A stretch of 64,000 nt of DNA from Campylobacteraceae bacterium (lineage in GTDB: Bacteria; Campylobacterota; Campylobacteria; Campylobacterales; BB28), in assembly GCA_016744535.1 (NCBI GenBank), contig JADGEE010000002.1, forward strand, positions 16,674-80,673. Direction: 5' to 3'. Shown here piece by piece: positions 29,601-36,602 of the stretch (its first letter is position 1; each line of letters starts with the position of its first letter). The translations under genes and the position numbers were made by a program. Below the pieces are notes generated by a model. That model was not told where the DNA came from. It was given only the letters and a program-made list of their open reading frames with translations, and made no database searches.

Positions 29601-32600
29601 TGTAATACCTTGAGTTAAAATTAATTCCTCACCTGATTCACTCTCATTAAATTCCATATAAAAATTATAATCTTTTTTTAAAGCATCCATTAGTTTATAA
29701 CTATCACCACCAAAACTATATGAACCACTAGTAATATAAGTAGTGTCATCTTTATATTTAATATAATAGTTTCTATCTATTAAAGTATAATCTATCAATC
29801 CATTATTATTAACACTATAACTACCAGAAACTGGATATTGAGCGATACTATTGATATTAAAAGTTACATCAGATGAATTTGTACATATCTTTCCACTTGT
29901 TCCATTAATATCTTTACAAGGATTATGATAAGTAAAACTCTCATTTACTTCGTCAAATCTTATTTCAGAAGTTAAATAGTAATTATTTCCCTCAAATGAT
30001 ATATTTGTATCAAATGCACTATCGCTTATGTTTAAATCAAAATATTTAAGAGTCGGATAAATTGTATCATAGTTTATTCTACTATCATTTGGTGCAATAA
30101 ATTCAAATGCACTTCCATCAGTATTAAGTGCATTAATTTTAATCTCTTCTCCATTTTTATCTCCAGCAATACCTTTTCCATCACTTATAAAATCATATTT
30201 TTTAGGATAAGCATTTTGAGCTACTCTAGTATTATTTTCTGTATATACTCTTTGGGCTACATCTTTTTTAAGTACAGTTTGAAAAATTTTCATCTCATCG
30301 ATATAACCCTCAAAATCTTTATTAGAATTAAATCCACCACCTACACTACCCTGATTTTGTCCTAAAATAAAGCCTCCACTTGAAATATTAATTTGATAGT
30401 TGTGAGATGTTGCTTGATTAGCAAATTGAAGCTCATTTACATATATACGATTTAGTGTCTTACTTCTTACCCATATAACATGATGCCAATTATTATCATT
30501 TAAAGTTGTACTAAAAGTTATAGTCTCTTCACTTGTTGTAATTTTAAGCTCACCATTAATATCTATAATTATTGAAAGTTCATTACTATCTGAAGCGTTA
30601 GCACCTGAAAGTATTGTCTGTTGGTTTGTGGAATCTGTTTTTATCCAAAAAGATATACTCAAACTTGATAAATTATTAATAACATTTTTATTTAAAGAGA
30701 TGTAATCAGTTGCAGAATCTTTACTAAAATCTCCTACTCTAGAGACTTTAGTCTCTTTATCAGTTGTATTAACATCATAAGAAACTCCATCATAAACTCT
30801 AGTTTGGTCAATTAAATTCATAGAAGTTCCATCACCACGAGAGCCTAAATAACACTCATCAAACCTATATTCAGCTTTTAAATCAACAATACTTAAAGTT
30901 GTTGTTTTATTAATTGGTGTATCCATCATAACAGAATTAATAATACTATCTACTCTTAAATCTCCACCTTTATTAGGTGCTTGAATATCTATTGTAAATT
31001 CTACACTAGTATTTGGAGCTAAATCACTATTAGATTCAAAATATATAATAGTTTTATCATTATTATTTACATAGCTTTTATATGTCCAACCACTTGGCGT
31101 TGTAATACTGCTAAGTCCGTTTTTAAAAGTAGAATTTACATCACTTATTCCAAAATCACTATTTAAAGTATAAAATGAGAGTGTTAAATTTAAATCTTTT
31201 GCATCAAATAAAGATATGTTTTTTACTGTAACACTTAAAGTAGAATCCTCATTTGGAAATACTTGACTTGGTAAAAAAGAGGTATTTAAAGTTACATCTA
31301 AATTAGGATAACCCACATTTATTTGTCTATTATTATCTTCAGCAGGAGTTGAATTTAAATCTGATACGACACTTGCATTTACTTCAAAATAACCCACTTT
31401 ATTTACAGGAGTTGTAAATAGTAGTTTTAATTTAATGCTCTCACCATCATTTAAGTTACCATCTTTACAATTTAAAATATTATTATTATAATATGTACAA
31501 GTCCAATTTACATCTAAATATGCAATAGTGCCATTAGATAGTGTATTACCGTCTATTTTAAATAGAGGTAAATCTTCAATTGTTAAATTTAATTCGATAT
31601 TTTCTGCAACTTCTCCAGTATTTGTAACTGTAATGTTTAAATCAAAAGGAATATCATTATATAGCTCATTTACTGGAGTTTCTACATCTATACTTAAAGT
31701 AGAAGTACCTATTATTTTTAAAGTATCATTTTTGCTAACTGAACTAGAGTTATTAGCATCGACATACATACTTGCTGTATAAGTTCCTGCTTCTTTTGCC
31801 GTTAAAGGAATATTAATAGTTCTATTTGCGTCATTTGCAGTTAAATTTCCATCTTTACAATTTAATAAATTATTTCCCTTATAAATACAACTCCAATTTG
31901 TATCATTTACATTGATTATATCTCCAAAAGATGGATTATTCAAAAGTAAGCTATTTATTGTTAAATTAGCCTCAAGGTTTAATGCTTCTGCACTCCCCAC
32001 ATTATCTATCTCTACTGTATAATTAAAATCATCTTCTATATTTATCTTTTCTGGAAATGATGTATTAAATATAAGAGTAGGAACATCTTTAACTATTATT
32101 TTTTGAATTTCACTTCTACTTATTGTTTTACTATCTTGAGAACTTTTTGCAATTGCGATACTATAAAATATTTCATCTTTTGAATGAGAAAGCAAATTAA
32201 TACTAATATTTGAGTAGTTACCATCTTTATTAATATTACCAGTTAAATTACATATGATATTATTACTTACACTAGTTAAATTTATAGGGCCACAAGTCCA
32301 ATTATCATTTGAATCCCAATTTTTTAGAGTAAATCCATTTACAAAATTCATAGTAAAATATGGTTCTATTTCATCAAAACTAGATAAATTAGTAAGATTT
32401 ATATCAATAACTATATCTTCATTATAACCTACAGATATATCATCGTTATCATTTCTATTTTTTGAATCTAAATCTATTTTAAATTTTGATATAAAAATTG
32501 TGGTACTATTAAAGCCAGATGTATCATAACACTTAGGTACTATATTATTAAAATTTAAATTTAAAGTATCACTTCGATAATTTACAATGTAAGTATTATT

Positions 32601-35600
32601 AATTTCTCCATTTATAGGATAAGCAATAATATCAGCGTTATATGTATAACTATAATCATCATTTACTGCAATTTGACCACCATTTGTAGCATCAGCTCCA
32701 GTTCCTATTCTAGAATTTAAAGTATATAAACTACTTACATATTCAACTTCATCATCTCCAGTTACATTTGTTTTTTTAGTGCCATTGATATAAGTTCCAA
32801 AATTTTGGTTATATCCAATAGGTGCACTAAAGCTTTTTTCTATTTGTACTTTAGCAGCTGGCTCTGTTCCAATATTTGAAACATTTACTTCAAAAGCTAA
32901 TAAGTCACCCAAAAAAATGCTTGTATTCTCATCAACAATTTTATTATCTTTATAAATATTTTCAAGATAACAAACTTTTGGAGAATAAAGGTCTGTTGCA
33001 AATGCAACCATTCCAGGATAATATTGGTCACCATTACTATTAAATTTTATAACTGTTGATGTTTGAGAATTACCAATAATATTAAGTCCAGTTGAACCAA
33101 CATTAAAACTATCTATATCAATACCCATATTGTTAATCAAAAATGGATCTCTAGCAGTACTTGTATTAATTGAAGAATCAAAAATATTATCACTACTTGA
33201 AGTAGAAGTTGTACCAGTTGCAAGATTTATAAATTGATTACTACTATTTTTAAGTAATATTCTATCATTTTTGTAAGGTCTATCACCCTCTCCAGAAAAT
33301 GCAAAAAGTTCAGAATTTACATTTCCACTAGCAGGTGTTAAAAATCCTGAAATATTTACACTAATAGTGGTATTATAAACATTTTTATATCCCTCATATA
33401 CAGATATATTTTTATAAGCATCGTTTAGGTCTTCATATACGACAGTTAATGCCCAAGCACCATAATAATTTGTTTGTGCTGCTTTTGCAAATAAATCTGC
33501 AACTATATAAGTTCCATTACTATCTCCTTGAACTAAGCTTGTAATATTCTTATAACATTGATAAGAGTTACCAGTATAATAGCACTCTCCACCATTTAAT
33601 GCATCTATCTCTGTGTAAGTTGAAGATGAAGGAGTCTTTATTTTTATCTTATTCATACTATCTATTTTACAACTACTCCAAGTTTTGCAACTTCCACCAT
33701 TGTAATAACTAATACAATCTCTTACACAATTATTAATATTATCTGTACGACCTTGCCAATTTAAAATTGCAAATTTTACATCTGTATTTATAGGAAGTAT
33801 TAAGTCAGCACTACTTGAATTAATAGTTGAGCTATCTCCATCAATATCTATATGACGAGTTCTTACATTATTGTTAGCATAATTAGAATTTGGGACACAA
33901 CCAGAACCAGTGTTTTCACATAAAACACTATTTCCTATCAATTTTATATTTCCATAAATATTATTATTATAAGCTATTTGAAAATCTTTAAAACCTGACT
34001 GTATAGATGAAGTTGAGCTATTTATAGTAATATTCATATCAGCAGTTACACTAGCATATCCATCAGTTACACTAAAATTAAAAGTATCATTATCATCATT
34101 ACTATAAGTATGCATATACTCTAGCTTTCCATCATCTATATCTTTTTGTGTAAAATTTTGATTTGATGATGTAATAGCTACAGTATCTAAAAGAATATTT
34201 CCCTTTGTTGGAAATGTAAGTAAACTATATATTAATTGAGTAGGACTCTCTTCAACATCAGTTGCACCTAAATCTGTATTAGTAATAGTTACTCTATCAT
34301 TTTGATTAATCATAAGAGCATTATATAATATTTGAGGAATAGAATTTATTTTTATATCTAATTGTGAAGATATAGTATTTACTCCGTCAAATAAATTAAA
34401 AGTAAAATTACTATCATTAGAAAGACCATTGCTACTAAATTCAACTTTTGCATTATCAATATCGTCTTGTGTAAAAGTGCTACTTATTCCAATAACACTA
34501 TTATTTAATTTAATATCACCATTGTTAGCAAGTGAAGTTAAAGTATAAATTAACTCCCCAGGTCTCTCTTCAGCATCAGTTGCAGGTAAATTTAAATTTA
34601 TAATAGTAACTGTTTCATTTACACTAAGTGAGAGTATTACAGGAGATAAAAAAGGTGCATCATTTACAGGCTGTATGGTAAAATCCATTTTACCAGTTGA
34701 ACTATTTACTCCGTCACTAACACTAAAGTTAAAACTATCACTAAAAGTTTCACTTCCATTATGGTTATAACTCACTTTAGCATTATCTACATCATCTTGT
34801 GTAAAAGTATCATTTAAACCTAATATTGTAGCATCTTTATATATAGTTCCATTTGATGGTATTGAAGTTATTGTATAAGTTAATTCAGTTGCGAACTGCT
34901 CACTATCAGTTGTATTTAACTCTTGTGTAGTAAGTGTTATTGTAGTATTTTCATCTACAACAATAAAATTTGTATTAACTATTGGAGGTGTATTTGAGTT
35001 CCAACTACCTTTACTATCAACACAAGGACTTGTGTTAAATGAAGTTAGCCAACAATTATTAATATTTGCATTACAATTGTCACCATTTTCAACATTATTT
35101 ATATTATGTTCCCCAAAAGAGGCATCAGGGTAAGAACAAAGCCCATAATTGTTTAGAGTATTTTGCTGAACATTTGTAGTACATCCTAAAATAGAACTTT
35201 TATCCCAATACCAATCAGATTCATTAGATTCTGTATTATGCCAATATCTAAGATAATGTATAACTTTTCCAGTATTTTTATCTTTTAACATAATTTCACC
35301 ATCTACTTTAGCAAACTCTTTACCAAACATAGTTTCTGTAAAAATTAAAAATGTCTTATTAGACATCATTCCACTCAAAGATAAACTTGTAAGTGTTAAA
35401 TTATTTTCATCCATATAGTATATTTCTAAATCTGAAACATCTACATCAGCACCTGAAGAGTTTATTAATTCAATATAATTGTTTGAACCATTAGTTCCAT
35501 TTTTCCAAAGTTGATTTATATCTATCTTTGGATTTTTATTTGTATTTTCACAACTCCCTGGATTATTTCCACCAGCAAAGACAAAGCTAAAATTAACAAC

Positions 35601-35636
35601 TAAAATAAAAATAAATTTTATAATATTTTTTATCAT
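26628..35636 (-). CDS. giant (3002 aa) secreted multidomain adhesin-like protein, MshQ-like (LamG + MshQ-type C-terminal region) with extra N-terminal adhesion modules
   Basis: A single uninterrupted ORF. The Sec signal is MIKNIIKFIFILVVNFSFVFA and SD GAGGAG lies 9 nt upstream. Domains are listed as separate features. The protein is extremely Asn/Thr/Ser/Asp-rich with clustered Cys. Confidence 0.9.
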   Translation of the reverse strand: MIKNIIKFIFILVVNFSFVFAGGNNPGSCENTNKNPKIDINQLWKNGTNGSNNYIELINSSGADVDVSDLEIYYMDENNLTLTSLSLSGMMSNKTFLIFTETMFGKEFAKVDGEIMLKDKNTGKVIHYLRYWHNTESNESDWYWDKSSILGCTTNVQQNTLNNYGLCSYPDASFGEHNINNVENGDNCNANINNCWLTSFNTSPCVDSKGSWNSNTPPIVNTNFIVVDENTTITLTTQELNTTDSEQFATELTYTITSIPSNGTIYKDATILGLNDTFTQDDVDNAKVSYNHNGSETFSDSFNFSVSDGVNSSTGKMDFTIQPVNDAPFLSPVILSLSVNETVTIINLNLPATDAEERPGELIYTLTSLANNGDIKLNNSVIGISSTFTQDDIDNAKVEFSSNGLSNDSNFTFNLFDGVNTISSQLDIKINSIPQILYNALMINQNDRVTITNTDLGATDVEESPTQLIYSLLTFPTKGNILLDTVAITSSNQNFTQKDIDDGKLEYMHTYSNDDNDTFNFSVTDGYASVTADMNITINSSTSSIQSGFKDFQIAYNNNIYGNIKLIGNSVLCENTGSGCVPNSNYANNNVRTRHIDIDGDSSTINSSSADLILPINTDVKFAILNWQGRTDNINNCVRDCISYYNGGSCKTWSSCKIDSMNKIKIKTPSSSTYTEIDALNGGECYYTGNSYQCYKNITSLVQGDSNGTYIVADLFAKAAQTNYYGAWALTVVYEDLNDAYKNISVYEGYKNVYNTTISVNISGFLTPASGNVNSELFAFSGEGDRPYKNDRILLKNSSNQFINLATGTTSTSSSDNIFDSSINTSTARDPFLINNMGIDIDSFNVGSTGLNIIGNSQTSTVIKFNSNGDQYYPGMVAFATDLYSPKVCYLENIYKDNKIVDENTSIFLGDLLAFEVNVSNIGTEPAAKVQIEKSFSAPIGYNQNFGTYINGTKKTNVTGDDEVEYVSSLYTLNSRIGTGADATNGGQIAVNDDYSYTYNADIIAYPINGEINNTYIVNYRSDTLNLNFNNIVPKCYDTSGFNSTTIFISKFKIDLDSKNRNDNDDISVGYNEDIVIDINLTNLSSFDEIEPYFTMNFVNGFTLKNWDSNDNWTCGPINLTSVSNNIICNLTGNINKDGNYSNISINLLSHSKDEIFYSIAIAKSSQDSKTISRSEIQKIIVKDVPTLIFNTSFPEKINIEDDFNYTVEIDNVGSAEALNLEANLTINSLLLNNPSFGDIINVNDTNWSCIYKGNNLLNCKDGNLTANDANRTINIPLTAKEAGTYTASMYVDANNSSSVSKNDTLKIIGTSTLSIDVETPVNELYNDIPFDLNITVTNTGEVAENIELNLTIEDLPLFKIDGNTLSNGTIAYLDVNWTCTYYNNNILNCKDGNLNDGESIKLKLLFTTPVNKVGYFEVNASVVSDLNSTPAEDNNRQINVGYPNLDVTLNTSFLPSQVFPNEDSTLSVTVKNISLFDAKDLNLTLSFYTLNSDFGISDVNSTFKNGLSSITTPSGWTYKSYVNNNDKTIIYFESNSDLAPNTSVEFTIDIQAPNKGGDLRVDSIINSVMMDTPINKTTTLSIVDLKAEYRFDECYLGSRGDGTSMNLIDQTRVYDGVSYDVNTTDKETKVSRVGDFSKDSATDYISLNKNVINNLSSLSISFWIKTDSTNQQTILSGANASDSNELSIIIDINGELKITTSEETITFSTTLNDNNWHHVIWVRSKTLNRIYVNELQFANQATSHNYQINISSGGFILGQNQGSVGGGFNSNKDFEGYIDEMKIFQTVLKKDVAQRVYTENNTRVAQNAYPKKYDFISDGKGIAGDKNGEEIKINALNTDGSAFEFIAPNDSRINYDTIYPTLKYFDLNISDSAFDTNISFEGNNYYLTSEIRFDEVNESFTYHNPCKDINGTSGKICTNSSDVTFNINSIAQYPVSGSYSVNNNGLIDYTLIDRNYYIKYKDDTTYITSGSYSFGGDSYKLMDALKKDYNFYMEFNESESGEELILTQGITDSVTHQDIVKYGFSTTLDNLIDSNNNGKNIIFTTPNDRLGLSTAIIKVENSENFCADGTYEFQVLTKPDSFKLELDSNELYLKENYQFLTEIELKYDENLTLNIIPICDSNMCSNSLTNLNNFLGNDKTTYFTKISSTFDIDINQTLNNPSTYHSTKWNSEGNFTKLYFKDNSLSSAIYNDKDNNKSVDLNFTVSYFGLYDKNGAYSFSSFINDNAIYGGGIPAKFIKGPDHLIASLDCQNKCGSECKITISPQDENNNTVEWSEHNVELIYTIKSGTINILKSVIDPVGSDDIIFNLNTETPTCCISSDIDITDILLIDPDGITTVNSFSSSDNKVYLNVLNNERISKNISFACPSYSFGVFDRNVVNEDNISNISDFRNANTNLVTKISNGSYDFTLVSYWDDNGTLTDFNVELISYVIDKLDSDSVVFTTDPNNLNIGVALGMDGVGSWNDVDTNIGTNAYRKLQIRVIEELNTSHSDTSDFFAIRPANFDIDIIPSNNPNTNTARAGENFIMDLKVQDSSNNNILNYNERENQNRSFTIDSNLTHNGFFNQIDLNLNDDFNYTNEGSLSFISGVNNSFSSILEVGIFDINITDGNGSYEGNPNNCSSCNSNTCVETNGCPYACIDIIDNSCSGLSVIDYAKDTITIYPYDLNISTDFIYPFNDQNWTYMAELDDDINIRFDFNITAKNMQGVTVKNFDNDIFYRSVKIPLQFTQQGLVTNFIYHTILNSSEINDLSSSDEIAFENIFFADLPNNDFNFSSGESNNSIIFNVKKYFDTPANPVNLKVENVTLNLESDMVTAGTTYNSTNPSIIFTFIENNASFYYGRIWADNYETLGDNEDIEIRVEVYCNNCEIDFTKDFSELIEKSLLAGDNENKNDFYWYRNIEDSFTEIANIKSIYTNIVSDLEETYPTSGINPKLNIIITNALLATQITRENTKYGIAKFNINTKEYLWFNKGYSYPVKPEFKVNFKSNDYKNPITKRRIDW
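26631..30242 (-). other. C-terminal ~1200 aa, MshQ C-terminal (DUF6701-type)-like region
   Basis: It follows LamG as in MshQ proteins. FAIRPANFDIDI and ASFYYGRIWADNYETLGDNEDIEIRVEVY resemble the F-x-x-R-P-x-x-F and (R/Y)(F/Y)GR(L/I)...N.YG.E recurrent motifs I recall from MshQ homologues. Needs HMM confirmation. Confidence 0.4.
30243..30881 (-). other. LamG / concanavalin-A-like lectin domain (aa 1586-1798)
   Basis: LKAEYRFDEC...LSISFWIKTDS..QQTILSG...NNWHHVIWVRS..LNRIYVNE...FILGQNQGSVGGGFNSNKDFEGYIDEMKIFQ is a classic Laminin_G_3 pattern. Confidence 0.8.
30882..32969 (-). repeat. array of ~5-6 DUF11/CARDB-like Ig-fold repeats (aa ~890-1585)
   Basis: Recurrent pattern: F.(V/L)(N/E)(V/I)(S/T/D)N.G...A.N(L/I).(L/A)N(L/F)T ... 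NW(S/T)C.Y..NN.LNCKDGNL. This is the 'W-x-C ... C' signature of the conserved-repeat domain. Confidence 0.6.
32973..33995 (-). other. ~340-aa beta-rich region of unnamed family (aa ~548-888)
   Basis: Landmarks are SSSADLILPINTDVKFAILNWQGR, GTYIVADLFA...YYGAWALTVVYED and FLTPASGNVNSELFAFSGEGDRPYKNDRILL. The pattern recalls N-terminal regions of DUF11-repeat surface proteins, but I cannot name the family with confidence. Confidence 0.35.
34017..34973 (-). repeat. three tandem ~105-aa cadherin-like / CSPG-type repeats (aa ~222-540)
   Basis: Each copy contains L(T/I)Y(T/S)(I/L)(T/L)S.P..G.I....... then TFTQ(D/K)D(V/I)D(N/D)(A/G)K(V/L)(S/E)(Y/F) ... D(S/T)FNF(S/N)(V/L).DG. The copies end in PVNDAP, NSIP and NSS. 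Confidence 0.7.
35241..35525 (-). other. lamin-tail-domain (LTD)-like module of giant protein (aa ~38-132)
   Basis: INQLWKNGTNGSNNYIELINSSGADVDVSDLEIYY...TFLIF resembles the LTD consensus (V)INE...EFIELYN....VDLSGW. Confidence 0.5.
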
Positions 35637-35652
35637 TTTTTACATCTCCTCT

Positions 35653-36063
35653 TTATCCTAGTAATTTAAGTATTGCTACTATTAACCCAGCTTGTGCAAT
35701 AAGTGAGCCTATAAACCATTTTATAATTTCAAATTTTGAATCTTTAATCTCTTTTGTAAGTCTTAATTCAACTTCTTTAATCTCTTTTGTAAGTTTTAAC
35801 TCAACTTCATTAATCTCTTTTGTTAATTTTAATTCAACTTCATTAATTTTTAATTCAATATCTTTAATCTCTTTTGTAAGTCTAAGTTCTGTTTCACTTA
35901 ACTCTCTTTTTGTAACTATATTTTTTAAGTTTGGAAATTTTTGAACTATCTCCTCTATTACTTCAGAAATAACTTTTGCTTTATCTTTTTCAGATAAATT
36001 CTCTTCACTTAAAGCCCTATATAAATTTATACCAATGTGTTCGTCAAATTTTATAGCATCCAT
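35653..36063 (-). CDS. DUF1640-like tail-anchored coiled-coil protein
   Basis: 136 aa. The N-terminus reads MDAIKFDEHIGINLYRAL and the middle holds 11-aa repeats LTKEIKEVELK. The C-terminal segment IIKWFIGSLIAQAGLIVAILKLLG matches the (I/L)(K/R)W.(V/I)G....Q TM tail of DUF1640. The stop is followed directly by the SD of the giant gene. Confidence 0.6.
   Translation of the reverse strand: MDAIKFDEHIGINLYRALSEENLSEKDKAKVISEVIEEIVQKFPNLKNIVTKRELSETELRLTKEIKDIELKINEVELKLTKEINEVELKLTKEIKEVELRLTKEIKDSKFEIIKWFIGSLIAQAGLIVAILKLLG
35745..35897 (-). repeat. 33-bp in-frame tandem repeat (about 4.6 units, one shortened to 21 bp)
   Basis: Units begin TAATCTCTTTTGT at 35745, 35778, 35811 and 35865. A 21-bp variant lies at 35844. 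They encode (E/K)(L/V)(E/K)L(K/R)LTKEI(K/N). Confidence 0.85.
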
Positions 36064-36099
36064 CTTTTAATTCCTCTACTATCTACATATTCTATTATA

Positions 36100-36540
36100 C
36101 TATATAATTTTGTATATCAAAAAGATACTAACTATTAAAATTAAATCTATTATGTATATTTTTTTAGCAAATTTTATAAACTCTTGTTGTAATTTTGTTT
36201 CAGTACTTTTAATAACTCTGATTCTTTTATATCTCTTAATCTCTGCAATCATTATAAATAGTGTTATGGCTATCATAATAAATGACATAATATAAAAGTT
36301 AGAATCAATTGGTAAATTATAAGCAATTGGGAAACTCATTAGTAAAATACCTGTGAAAAAATTAATAGCAATTAGAGAATGAAGCATTGCTGTTGGAAAT
36401 CGTATTTTTTTAGCTAATTTTATAAAATTTTCCTCAAAAAATAGAATTGTTAAATTTCTAATCATTAAAATTGCTAACGCTAAAATAAAAATTATATGAA
36501 CATTTATTGTAAATTCAAACATTTTTACCATTTCAACCAT
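36100..36540 (-). CDS. hypothetical integral membrane protein (about 4 TM)
   Basis: 146-aa hydrophobic ORF. It is co-directional with the giant-protein operon and ends 36 nt before its first gene. Confidence 0.5.
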   Translation of the reverse strand: MVEMVKMFEFTINVHIIFILALAILMIRNLTILFFEENFIKLAKKIRFPTAMLHSLIAINFFTGILLMSFPIAYNLPIDSNFYIMSFIMIAITLFIMIAEIKRYKRIRVIKSTETKLQQEFIKFAKKIYIIDLILIVSIFLIYKII

Positions 36541-36602
36541 AAATTACCCTTTTTATATTAATATTTTGTAATTATATAGAATTTAAAATTAAAGGATAAA
36601 TA

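Noticed and set aside
26628-35636. Giant protein as an RTX/T1SS adhesin or an autotransporter
   Set aside because: It has a cleavable N-terminal Sec signal and no GGxGxD nonapeptide repeats. No C-terminal T1SS signal context or adjacent ABC/MFP/TolC genes are present. I see no alternating-hydrophobic beta-barrel terminus, although the last residue is Trp. The neighbouring genes are pilin-like instead.
35745-35897. Regular 33-bp repeats (also 54617-54730 and 52462-52524) considered as a possible CRISPR array or iterons
   Set aside because: The units are contiguous with no spacers and are multiples of 3 bp. They lie in-frame inside ORFs and encode sensible coiled-coil or linker peptides. No cas genes are in the window.
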